A stretch of DNA of 29,330 nucleotides, taken from the NCBI GenBank assembly GCA_040754655.1, contig JBFMCE010000052.1, forward strand, positions 1 through 29,330. The letters run 5' to 3'. Shown here in pieces: positions 1 through 8,600 of this stretch (position 1 is the first letter of the stretch; each line of letters starts with the position of its first letter). The position numbers and the translations under genes were made by a program. This DNA is from Bdellovibrionota bacterium (GTDB lineage Bacteria > Bdellovibrionota > UBA1018 > UBA923). The notes under the pieces are model-generated. The model did no database searches and had not been told where the DNA came from. It saw only the letters and a program-made list of their open reading frames with translations.

Positions 1-588
1 TCATTCGCGCATTATTTTTCGACCCTGAGGGATCTTTTCCGGAAAAGAGGCCTGCAATTCACGCAAGAGCTTTATTACCCGGCTTTGACTCAACCGCTTA
101 TCGAGTTTTTTGAGCGGCATTTCGGCAAAGACGTTGTCGGGGAAGTGCTTTCAGAGCTTCAAATGCGCAGCAATGAAGATGCTCTCTCGGTGCAGCCGTA
201 CCGCGAAATTTTCACGACCCTTCAGCATCTTTTTGAAAACAATAAGCGGGTCGCTGTCTGGACTAACCGAGACCTGATTTCAGCGAAGTTGATCTTAAAT
301 CAAACTGGCTTGTCGCGGCTTATAGAGCACTGTATTAGCGGCACTTGCCTTCCACGAAAACCTAACCCCGAGGCCCTCAGGCAGATCGCTCGGAGATTCG
401 GGGTGGAAACGCAGGCGCTCACCATGGTCGGAGACCATGAGCACGACGTCGAGGCGGCGAAAAGCGTTGGCGCAATGGCGGTGAGGGCGAGTTGGCATTC
501 GTATTGGGAAATCGGCAAATGTCAGAAGGCTGACCTGCAGTTTTACAAAGCCTCTGATTTTTATTCTTGGGTCCAGAGCTTGCCATAG
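1..588 (+). CDS. HAD-family hydrolase (phosphoglycolate phosphatase-like), 5'-truncated
   Basis: Frame is open from base 1 (SFAHYFSTL...) to TAG at 588. It has motif II (VWTN), motif III (RKPNP) and motif IV (MVGDHEHDV); motif I would lie just upstream of the window. Confidence 0.85.
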   Translation, partial: SFAHYFSTLRDLFRKRGLQFTQELYYPALTQPLIEFFERHFGKDVVGEVLSELQMRSNEDALSVQPYREIFTTLQHLFENNKRVAVWTNRDLISAKLILNQTGLSRLIEHCISGTCLPRKPNPEALRQIARRFGVETQALTMVGDHEHDVEAAKSVGAMAVRASWHSYWEIGKCQKADLQFYKASDFYSWVQSLP

Positions 589-616
589 AATAGGCTGACC
601 TGCTAGGCAAAGCCTC
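527..616. repeat. Bipartite imperfect direct repeat AGGCTGACCTGC-N(7/4)-CAAAGCCTC
   Basis: Copy 1 at 527-554 (inside the HAD 3' end) and copy 2 at 592-616 (just past the stop) share identical 12-bp and 9-bp blocks. Confidence 0.7.
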
Positions 617-737
617 ATCTCGGAACATTAGACAGGCTACACCGGCTCCATGGCATCGTTAGGTTCTTAAAGATCTTACCCATTATGAAAAGAACGCGAT
701 TCTGCCGCCCAGACCTCAAGCGGCATCAGAAAGGAGA

Positions 738-800
738 AATGCTTACAAGGATCGCGACATATCGTTTTTACCTCAAGTCGTACTGCTTGACATCAAGCTA
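738..800 (+). pseudogene. Remnant of a receiver (REC) domain gene
   Basis: Translates NAYKDRDISFLPQVVLLDIKL, resembling the beta3 phospho-Asp segment of Rcp1-like response regulators. There is no ATG between the in-frame stops at 660 and 825. Confidence 0.55.
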
Positions 801-818
801 GTGCTCAATGAAGCCGCT

Positions 819-2384
819 TTACCATGAACCCGGTTTCGAAAGCACATCGCGGACCTTAGCGAGGAATTCATCGATCGCAAAAGGTTTTTGAAGAAAATGG
901 GCTTTGCCGTTTGAGAGGTCTTCGTGATCAAGTTCCTCATCTGTGTATCCTGAGATGAAAAGAACCTTAAGCGCCGGATGCCTCTTCCTCACTTCTCTTG
1001 CGAGCTCAGGTCCACTCGTGTTCGGCATGATTACGTCGCTGATCAGGAGCTCAAAGCCTTCTTTATCCTCCGCTATGTGCTTGATTGCTTCCTGAGGGGA
1101 TCTGGGAGTCGTCACCCTGTAGCCCTGCCTTTGAAGCACTTGTGAAAGCGCTGTTCGCACGTCTTCTTGGTCTTCGACGAGCAAAATCTTGCTCTGTCTC
1201 TGTTCGCGCGCCGCTTTCGTGTGCACGAAGCGCCGCTCATCTTTTTCCAGGGGCTCAGGGGGCAAATCCACTATCGGAAAATAAATATCAAACGCCGTGC
1301 CTGCGCCCAGAGAACTTGAGACGGTGATATGACCATGGCTCTGAGCAACGATTCCATAGACAGTTGAAAGTCCAAGCCCGGTTCCCTTGTCAGGCGCCTT
1401 CGTAGTGAAAAAGGGTTCGAAAATGCGTTTTTGCGTTTCAGGATCCATCCCGCATCCGTTATCGGTCAAAGAAAATTTGACGTATGCGCCAGGCGTCAGC
1501 GCCCCCGCCAAATCTGAGTTTGAATCCACCTCGACGTTCGCGGTTTCAATGCTTAGGTTCCCACCTTTTGGCATCGCATCTCGAGAGTTAACCGCGAGAT
1601 TCATGATTACCTGCTCGATCTGACCGGGATCGATTCGAATCGATCTGAGATCCGGATCCAGCTTCGTGATCAGTTCGATATCTTCACCGATGAACCTTTG
1701 CAACATCGTGGCAAGATTTTCGGTCACCTTGTTGAGGTTCAAAACCTTGGGTTGCAGCGCTTGTTTCCTACTGAAGGCGAGCAACTGCCGGGTGAGGGTC
1801 GCAGCTCGGCTGCCGGCGCCCCGGATTTCCGCGATGGTGGAAAAAAAGGGAGATGATTTCGGGATCTCGTTCAATACCGAGTCGCAGTGCAGGATGATCA
1901 CGGTCAGGACGTTGTTGAAATCGTGCGCGATCCCCCCCGCAAGACGGCCTATCGCCTCCATTTTCTGTGACTGCCTGAGTTGCTCCTCTTGGTCTTTGAG
2001 TTTCGACCGGTTTTTGGCCTCGCGTAGTTCACGCTCTACGGTGGGGCCCAAGCGAAGCAAGTTCCCCTTGATGAGATAGTCATTCGCACCCGCTCTCATC
2101 GCTTCGACGGCGGTCTCCTCGCCCACGGTTCCTGAGACAATGAGAAATGGAAGGTCGAACCTGCGTCGCTTTGCGATCGCAAGGGCGGTAACGCCGTCAA
2201 AGCCAGGCAAGCTGTAATCGCTGATGACGATGTCCCATTGTTTTGACGTCAGTGCGGCTTCAAACGACTCGGCAGTATCTACCCTTTCATGAAACACTTT
2301 GTAACCATTTCGTTCTAAGGCCCTGATCACAAGAAGAGCATCGTCTTCGGAATCTTCCACCAACAATACGCGTATCGCGTTCAT
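819..2384 (-). CDS. Cytoplasmic hybrid histidine kinase (REC-HisKA-HATPase-REC; CckA-like core)
   Basis: N-terminal REC (LLVEDS, IVISD), H-box IAHDFNN, N-box NLAVNSRDAM, G1 DNGCG, F-box FEPFFTTK, G2 GTGLGL, C-terminal REC (LLISD, LQKP). No transmembrane segment. Confidence 0.95.
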   Translation of the reverse strand: MNAIRVLLVEDSEDDALLVIRALERNGYKVFHERVDTAESFEAALTSKQWDIVISDYSLPGFDGVTALAIAKRRRFDLPFLIVSGTVGEETAVEAMRAGANDYLIKGNLLRLGPTVERELREAKNRSKLKDQEEQLRQSQKMEAIGRLAGGIAHDFNNVLTVIILHCDSVLNEIPKSSPFFSTIAEIRGAGSRAATLTRQLLAFSRKQALQPKVLNLNKVTENLATMLQRFIGEDIELITKLDPDLRSIRIDPGQIEQVIMNLAVNSRDAMPKGGNLSIETANVEVDSNSDLAGALTPGAYVKFSLTDNGCGMDPETQKRIFEPFFTTKAPDKGTGLGLSTVYGIVAQSHGHITVSSSLGAGTAFDIYFPIVDLPPEPLEKDERRFVHTKAAREQRQSKILLVEDQEDVRTALSQVLQRQGYRVTTPRSPQEAIKHIAEDKEGFELLISDVIMPNTSGPELAREVRKRHPALKVLFISGYTDEELDHEDLSNGKAHFLQKPFAIDEFLAKVRDVLSKPGSW

Positions 2385-2761
2385 TCGCTTCGCCCTTCAA
2401 TATGTAAAAACGCTTTTTTGACAAGGTGTTCGATATCAAAAGGTTTCGTAAACACCTCACATGCGCCTAGTTTTTTGAGGTAGCTCTCTCCCTTTTCTAG
2501 AAGAGCTGTCATAATGATAACGGGGGGAACACTCGTTTGAGCAGCCTTGAGACGACGAAGGCGCCTCAGAAGTTGAATGCCGGTGCCTTCCGGCATACGG
2601 ATATCAGAAATGATGAGGTCAATTTTTTTGGTTTTTACAAGCTCGAAGGCTTCGTTTCCGCTTTTGACCGCCAGAACCTCGCAGCCCATCCTGGTGAGCC
2701 TCGCCTTCAAAGCTTCTCTGATTTCGTCGCGGTCTTCAGCGATCAAGATAGTCCGTTTCAT
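2381..2761 (-). CDS. Single-domain response regulator (CheY-like)
   Basis: ILIAED, LIISDIRMP, IMTA and TKP motifs. Its stop overlaps the kinase start (ATGA, 2381-2384). Confidence 0.92.
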   Translation of the reverse strand: MKRTILIAEDRDEIREALKARLTRMGCEVLAVKSGNEAFELVKTKKIDLIISDIRMPEGTGIQLLRRLRRLKAAQTSVPPVIIMTALLEKGESYLKKLGACEVFTKPFDIEHLVKKAFLHIEGRSE

Positions 2762-2795
2762 GAATTGTCGTAAAATCTCTTTCGTTTAATGAAAA

Positions 2796-2825
2796 CATAA
2801 TTTATGCTAATTATACATAATTATG
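2796..2825. promoter_or_regulatory. Paired palindromic boxes in a divergent AT-rich promoter region
   Basis: CATAATTTATG (2796-2806) and CATAATTATG (2816-2825) start 20 bp apart. Confidence 0.35.
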
Positions 2826-3053
2826 AAAAGATCGGTAACGTTTTCAAAAGAAGAATTTCATGAACTGGGCAATCTGCTGATGAACATTTACACGATCTTG
2901 GAGAGCATTTCAGACCGCCTCACCGCCAACCTCGACGTAAACGCGAAAGAACTCGCCTCTCAAGTTAACAACGCCTTGGACAAACTAGATGAGGCATCGG
3001 CCCTTTTGAAACGGACTCCAAAAGACCATGCAAAATCTGCCGACGAAGAATGA
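2823..3053 (+). CDS. Small stand-alone HisKA/DHp-like helical protein
   Basis: 76 aa. FHELGNLLMNIYTILE resembles an H-box (HELRNPL) and is followed by a second amphipathic helix. It fills the gap between the divergent promoter and the HD-GYP gene. Confidence 0.6.
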   Translation: MKRSVTFSKEEFHELGNLLMNIYTILESISDRLTANLDVNAKELASQVNNALDKLDEASALLKRTPKDHAKSADEE

Positions 3054-3094
3054 TCGAATAAGTTTTAAGAACACGCTAAGATGAGGATACCCCA

Positions 3095-4438
3095 ATGAGA
3101 GTACTGCTCGTTGAAGCTCACGAAGATGTTCTGGATCTCCTCGCCCTGCACCTTGAGCTTGAACAGCAGCTCGAGGTGATTTGCTCCCGTGGTTACGAAG
3201 AGGCAAAAAAGCTCATCAGCCTGCATAAGTTCGATTGCGTGATCTCAGGTCGCACTTTACCTGACGGAACCGCAACCCAACTGTTCTCAGACCTAAAGAA
3301 ACTTTCTCCCGTTCCTCCATTCATCGTCTGCAGCAGCTTGGCGTCGGATCAGGATTCAGAATTCAAAGATCCGGCGGTCTACGCGTACATTGAGAAGCCT
3401 TGGGTGTTGAACCAGCTTTTGAAAAGCATAAGCGCCTTAAAGGAAAAACTAGGCCAAGCACCGGTCAAGGACTTCGACCCCCAGCAAGACTTTTGCCGGA
3501 TCAGCACGCGGACGTTGCTCAAGTTTGGCATGACTTGTTCGGATGTTTACATAAAACTCTCAGACAGCCGATACGTCAAAGTCCTCAGGCACGATGACGT
3601 CTTTGACTCAACCGACTTCTTGAGGTTTCAGAAGAAAAACACAGACTACTTGTATCTCAAAAGAGCCGACGCCATGAGGTTCATTTCAAAAACGTCGGAA
3701 TACGTCTCTAAGCTTGCTGAACTTCAATACATCCCATTGACAGGGGCGTTTCAAGCCTCGGAAGAAACGCTTGAGCTCATTTCGAGCACAAACCAACAAC
3801 TTGGCGTCACCGCTGAAACCCAGCAGCTGATAAACTCGACGGTCTCACTCGTACTGTCGAGCCTGAAAACGAATCCTAAATTGAGCGAAGTCTTTGAGCG
3901 CATGATCGAAGGCCAAGAGCACTACATATCAACGCATAGCGTGGCCTTGGCCTACTTGGCCTGCAGCACGGCTTCGCTCTTGGGTTGGGTTTCAAATACA
4001 ACTTTCTATAAACTTTCGCTGGCCGCGCTTATACATGACATTACGCTTAGCGACTCTGAGTTAGCCAAGATCGATTCCGTCATTGAACTAGGCCTGCAAC
4101 GCACCCACCTGAATGACGCAATGGTCGCTGAGGTGCTTGACCACCCCGAAAAAGCGGCCGATCTCGCTTCTCGTATAGCCGGGGCGCCAGAGGAAGCGGC
4201 GCTTATCATCAGACAACACCATGAGCGGCCTAACGGAAGCGGGTTTCCGGGCCGACTTACGGAAACAGAGATCGACCCTCTCTCGTGCGTATTCATCATC
4301 TCGCATGAACTCCTGAGCTTTAAGACCAAATTCGGCAATACGCGCGACCTCTCTTCATTCATAAATGAGGTCAGCGATGAATACTCTAAAGGGAATTTTA
4401 GGAAAATAATCAAAGCAATCGCTGACGCCGTGATCTAA
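3095..4438 (+). CDS. Pseudo-receiver plus HD-GYP-like domain protein
   Basis: N-terminal REC fold with degenerate acidic residues. C-terminal HSVALA, LIHDI, HP and HHERPNGSGFP motifs. GAGG upstream of the ATG. Confidence 0.88.
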   Translation: MRVLLVEAHEDVLDLLALHLELEQQLEVICSRGYEEAKKLISLHKFDCVISGRTLPDGTATQLFSDLKKLSPVPPFIVCSSLASDQDSEFKDPAVYAYIEKPWVLNQLLKSISALKEKLGQAPVKDFDPQQDFCRISTRTLLKFGMTCSDVYIKLSDSRYVKVLRHDDVFDSTDFLRFQKKNTDYLYLKRADAMRFISKTSEYVSKLAELQYIPLTGAFQASEETLELISSTNQQLGVTAETQQLINSTVSLVLSSLKTNPKLSEVFERMIEGQEHYISTHSVALAYLACSTASLLGWVSNTTFYKLSLAALIHDITLSDSELAKIDSVIELGLQRTHLNDAMVAEVLDHPEKAADLASRIAGAPEEAALIIRQHHERPNGSGFPGRLTETEIDPLSCVFIISHELLSFKTKFGNTRDLSSFINEVSDEYSKGNFRKIIKAIADAVI

Positions 4439-4476
4439 GCTTTCATCAGAGGCTTTTTTATCCTAAAACACTCTCA

Positions 4477-5751
4477 ATGAAGCGATACGCTTACCTTCTC
4501 ACAACGCTCTGTTGTTTCCTGATTCTCTTTCTTCGGGGCCACGAACGCCTCGGAGAATACGCGCATCTTTGGGCCGAAGACGGTCGGATATTCCTAGCTG
4601 ACGCTTTTCTTTCTCCATTGAACACGCTGTTTCAAAGCTACGGAGGTTATTTCCACCTTGTCCCTAGAATAGTGGCGGTCCTGGCGGCGCAGTTTGTTCC
4701 GGTTGCGCTCATCCCCTCGTTCATAGCTTTGTTCTGTTTCGTAGTTTTCGCGCTGATTTCAGCCACTCTTATAAAAACCCAATATGCCTGGCTCATTCCA
4801 TCGCCGCACGCGCGATTTATCGCAGCCATTTTGGTGACGCTAGCTCCGGGCCTGCACGAGATCCTCGGAAATCTCGCGAACCTGCACATTCTTCTGTTCT
4901 GGTGGCTGGCGCTGTTAGCCCTGAAAGACCCTAAAGAGCCCATTTCAAAGACTGAAACCTTGATCGCGGCCCTCTCGATCGCTAGCGAGGGCAGCTCGGT
5001 CTTATTGTTGCCGTTGTTCCTCTACAGAATTTTTCTAAGACGCGGAAAGAACCAATCCCTGCATCGGTCGGCAGGGCCTGAACTGATCGTGTGCGCCATC
5101 ACGGCGGCCTTTACGGTTTTTAATCTCATGTATCGAAATCCGGGGCCGGAAAAGCACTCATACGCGTTTGCCGAGACTGCACAAACCCTCATCGCCACCA
5201 CGGTAGGACAGCACCTGGTGCAGCCGCTGCTCGGGTATCGCGCTTATGAAAACGTCATGAGGTTTGGTTATCCTTATCTCGCTTTGTCGGTTGGTTTGTT
5301 CTTTGGCCTTTTCGCTGTCTCACAAATCCGAAGAAAGCTGCCGCGCCGCCTGCTGCGGCTTTTCATTCTTTTTGAGGCCATCGTCTTCTGCCAGATGGTT
5401 CTTACTTGGATTGTGCGTCCCGGATCGATCTACTATTTTTTTGCGAATGGAAATACGATTTGGTCGCACCGTTACAGCTTCTTAAGACCCGCAGCCGGAA
5501 TACTAGTTTGGCTTGCGGCACTAAGCCCAAAAAAAATGACAAGAAACCCGAAAACCTGGCTGCCCCTGATTTTTGCCGCTGCTTATTGCATCTCAGTCAA
5601 AGGGCACTTTTCTATCCCGGCCTACGGGTATCATTATAAGTGGAAAGAACAAGCCCCGAGCATTGAACGATCTCTAAAGGCGGGACGCAAAGAAAAAGTC
5701 GTGGTTCCTATTTATCCGCCTCCATGGACATTCGAACTTCCATACAAATGA
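4477..5751 (+). CDS. Polytopic membrane protein, putative GT-C glycosyltransferase (WAEDG motif)
   Basis: About 10 hydrophobic segments. Acidic LWAEDG follows TM1, then YGGYFHLVPR. Lies next to GT39-like and GT2 genes. Confidence 0.6.
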   Translation: MKRYAYLLTTLCCFLILFLRGHERLGEYAHLWAEDGRIFLADAFLSPLNTLFQSYGGYFHLVPRIVAVLAAQFVPVALIPSFIALFCFVVFALISATLIKTQYAWLIPSPHARFIAAILVTLAPGLHEILGNLANLHILLFWWLALLALKDPKEPISKTETLIAALSIASEGSSVLLLPLFLYRIFLRRGKNQSLHRSAGPELIVCAITAAFTVFNLMYRNPGPEKHSYAFAETAQTLIATTVGQHLVQPLLGYRAYENVMRFGYPYLALSVGLFFGLFAVSQIRRKLPRRLLRLFILFEAIVFCQMVLTWIVRPGSIYYFFANGNTIWSHRYSFLRPAAGILVWLAALSPKKMTRNPKTWLPLIFAAAYCISVKGHFSIPAYGYHYKWKEQAPSIERSLKAGRKEKVVVPIYPPPWTFELPYK

Positions 5752-7133
5752 AGACCACCGAACTCCCAAATCCACTCTTTCTTGCATTTGGACGCCATTT
5801 CCACTTCTCGAAAAGTTGATACGACCCAATCAGGGCAGGTCTTTGGGTTATCTTCGATACGAAGCAGCTTGAAGTTAGCGCTCCTGCGGATGTAGTAATC
5901 AAGAGTGTATGGCGAACACTTGACGCAGGCTTGCATCCCCACGAGATCAGAGTCTTTGGCAAAGCGATTCAAAAATAGGCCTAAATCTCGCCAATTCTCT
6001 CTTGAACTTACCGTCAACGCCCTAGCCGTCGCGGGGAAAAGGCTTGAGACGATACCCTGCCATTGCCCTGCTTCATTTCGGAGCATCTCGAAACGAGGCT
6101 TCAACGAGGCATGCGCAATCAGAATCATGAAAAGAACCCAAGCCATGCCCACTGAAAACGAGTTGAGTCGAATCGAAAGCGCGGGCACTGAACAAAGCAA
6201 CAAGAGCATCAACAGATAGCGCGTGTAAAGCACCCAACCCGTGGGAACTAAAATATACGCATGCACCACCAGGGCCAAAGCAATGCCTATCCAATAACGG
6301 CGCGTGCTCGGCCTGCTCAATGCGACGCCAACCGCGGATGCGACCGTCAAAACGACCCATCCCAAGATATTTTCAGGCGCAAATGCCGTCCAAGCTCTTT
6401 TAAGGTATTCCAAGAACTCAAAACTCAGCGCTTTTTGCAAGACGTCGGCCCACAAATTAGATTCAGCACTTTTCACCACGGGAAACCGCGAAGTCTTCAC
6501 GGCCCAAGCGATGTAACCCAATGAAGGAAGATGAGTCAGCACCGCCAGGGCTGAGGCTTTCCATTGACTCATACCCTTTGCATTCCTTCTCAACCCAATC
6601 CAATCAACCGCCAAAACCATGACAACGTAAAGAATTGAGAAGGTATTGGCCTGCAATGCAGCCGTGCACAGCAGCCAAAGTTTAAATCCCGAGAACTTAT
6701 CGCGGCAATAGCCCCAAAGGAAAAGAAGCACCACCATGGGCACGTAAGCTCGCGCCTCTTGCGCATAAAACAAAAACTCAGGTGAAAGCAGTAGAACCAG
6801 CGGAGCCAAGTAGGCCGCAATGCGGTTAAGCCCATGTTCGGCAAAATACTTGGGCAGGACCAAGATAAAAGCAAACGCGCACAGGGCTACGGGAAACCGA
6901 AACGTGAACTCACGCGCGCCCAAAAGAAGCTTGGATAGCCAGACCATCAAATAAACAAGCGGCATCTGGGCATCGGAATAGCCTAAACCCCATCTGGGAT
7001 CTGACATGACGACCGTGGCGACCTCATCAATCCACATGGAAGAGTCATTCAAAGTAGAGAATAACAGCAAACTTGAAACAAAAACCAGGCCGAGCTTCAA
7101 AAACGCTTCTCGAGAACTTTGATTCAGAGTCAT
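5712..7133 (-). CDS. GT39/ArnT/PMT-like glycosyltransferase (GT-C)
   Basis: SMWIDE after TM1, EFTFRFPVAL and FYAQEARAY motifs, multiple TMs, soluble C-terminal domain. Confidence 0.82.
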   Translation of the reverse strand: MTLNQSSREAFLKLGLVFVSSLLLFSTLNDSSMWIDEVATVVMSDPRWGLGYSDAQMPLVYLMVWLSKLLLGAREFTFRFPVALCAFAFILVLPKYFAEHGLNRIAAYLAPLVLLLSPEFLFYAQEARAYVPMVVLLFLWGYCRDKFSGFKLWLLCTAALQANTFSILYVVMVLAVDWIGLRRNAKGMSQWKASALAVLTHLPSLGYIAWAVKTSRFPVVKSAESNLWADVLQKALSFEFLEYLKRAWTAFAPENILGWVVLTVASAVGVALSRPSTRRYWIGIALALVVHAYILVPTGWVLYTRYLLMLLLLCSVPALSIRLNSFSVGMAWVLFMILIAHASLKPRFEMLRNEAGQWQGIVSSLFPATARALTVSSRENWRDLGLFLNRFAKDSDLVGMQACVKCSPYTLDYYIRRSANFKLLRIEDNPKTCPDWVVSTFREVEMASKCKKEWIWEFGGLHLYGSSNVHGGG

Positions 7134-7140
7134 GCAGACG

Positions 7141-7170
7141 AGAATAGATCCATCTGGTTCATTACGTCAA
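7141..7170 (-). promoter_or_regulatory. Sigma70-type promoter, probably leaderless transcript
   Basis: TTGACG-N18-TATTCT-N7-ATG(7133); no Shine-Dalgarno. Confidence 0.55.
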
Positions 7171-7234
7171 AGCCAGAAAGGGCGCCTTCGAACTTGCGCA
7201 AACGCGACCGCCCAGATATTTGATTGCAACGGTT

Positions 7235-7564
7235 ATGAGTGCATGGCTAAATTTATTCGTCGCAGGCGCATTTGAAATTTGCTTCACCACGATGATGAAG
7301 CTTTCCCAGGGATTTACGAAGATCCCCTACACGATTGGGTTTGCGATCTGCGGGATCTGCAGCTTTTACTTCCTGAATCGCGCTATCGTTGCGGCCATTC
7401 CTCTAGGCACTGGTTACGCCGTTTGGACAGGCATCGGGGCTTTTGGGACCGCGATCGTGGGAATGCTGTTCTTCAAAGATCCGGTCACTCCTTGGCGAGT
7501 GTTTTTCCTGCTGACTTTGATCGCCTCAATCGTAGGCCTAAAACTCGTCTCGCCCGCGGATTGA
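7235..7564 (+). CDS. SMR/DMT-family small transporter (SugE/Gdx-like)
   Basis: Four TMs, AGAFE with the conserved membrane Glu, and PLGTGYAVWTGIG. ATG 7235 is preferred over TTG 7220 on family length. Confidence 0.9.
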   Translation: MSAWLNLFVAGAFEICFTTMMKLSQGFTKIPYTIGFAICGICSFYFLNRAIVAAIPLGTGYAVWTGIGAFGTAIVGMLFFKDPVTPWRVFFLLTLIASIVGLKLVSPAD

Positions 7565-7575
7565 GGGCCTTCTTG

Positions 7576-8508
7576 TCAATCTCGCCTTCTTCGCCAAAGC
7601 TCGAAAGTCTCGCAATGATACTTGTAAGCGGTATCAAGGATAAGCCCAATTCCAAGAGCAAGCATGGACAAGATGCCAAGCGCTGCCGCGAGAATCGCAA
7701 GCGGCACATGGTCCACGAATTTCTTTTCGTAATAATCCAAGATGGGAAAAGACCCGGCGATCAATGATAAAACCGCGAAAACAATACTCACGGCCCCAAA
7801 AAACACGAGAGGCTTGTAGTCTTTGAAGATCACCGAAATTGCCTTAAGGATGAGAAGCCCGTCCGCATAGGTGCTGAGTTTCGAAAAACTCCCCTCGGGA
7901 CGTTTTCCGTAATTGATTTGAACCTCTTTGAACGAAAACCCTTTGGTAGCAGTCTGCAAGGTAAGTTCCGTTTCGACTTCAAACCCCTCAGCCATGAGAG
8001 GAACGGTCTTGACCATTCGCCTTGAAAATACCCGATACCCTGACAAAACATCCGTGACATTGATTCGGAACAGAAACGAAATCATGCCTGTGATCAAAAT
8101 ATTCCCGATCTTGTGGAACCGCCGAAAAGACCGCGCGTCGTGTTCGATGATACGGGTCCCGACAACCATATCGACGCCCGAAGACACCAGAACACTTACG
8201 AGCTCGGGAGCGGCATCGGCGGGGTACGTGCTATCTCCGTCGACCATGATGTAAACATCAGCTTCAACCGTGCTGAACATGTGGCGCACCACATTTCCTT
8301 TGCCTTGGCGCGGAGAATGAACCACCATGGCCCCTGCCTGTTTGGCGATGCTCACGGTCTTGTCTTTAGAATTATTATCGAAAACATAAACCGTGGCGCC
8401 TGGAAGAGCGCGTTTAAAATCTTGGACCACCTGGCCCACGGTAAGTTCTTCGTTGTAGCAAGGAACCAAAACGGCAATCCTTGAATAGTCTAGCTTCGCG
8501 TTCTGCAT
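7576..8508 (-). CDS. GT2 polyprenol-phosphate glycosyltransferase (GtrB/ArnC/DPM-synthase-like)
   Basis: VPCYNEE, DNNSKD, GKG, VDGD (DxD), DVLSGYR and FEVETE motifs, plus two C-terminal TMs. Confidence 0.92.
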   Translation of the reverse strand: MQNAKLDYSRIAVLVPCYNEELTVGQVVQDFKRALPGATVYVFDNNSKDKTVSIAKQAGAMVVHSPRQGKGNVVRHMFSTVEADVYIMVDGDSTYPADAAPELVSVLVSSGVDMVVGTRIIEHDARSFRRFHKIGNILITGMISFLFRINVTDVLSGYRVFSRRMVKTVPLMAEGFEVETELTLQTATKGFSFKEVQINYGKRPEGSFSKLSTYADGLLILKAISVIFKDYKPLVFFGAVSIVFAVLSLIAGSFPILDYYEKKFVDHVPLAILAAALGILSMLALGIGLILDTAYKYHCETFELWRRRRD

Positions 8509-8600
8509 TGTGCCTTAGTTTGCGCCAAGCCGACCCTATTTATCAAGTACAACTTTTGTGTGCTTGCTAAAGAAAGATGAGGGCGATTATATGAAAAACG

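Noticed and set aside
685..801. 38-aa ORF MKRTRFCRPD... and an AAGGAG-ATG at 731-741
   Set aside because: It has no motif and the SD spacing is too short; the REC-like similarity is in a different frame.
7134..7234. Guanidine riboswitch upstream of the SugE-like gene
   Set aside because: No paired ACGR-loop hairpins or ykkC core are visible, and the space is taken by divergent promoters.
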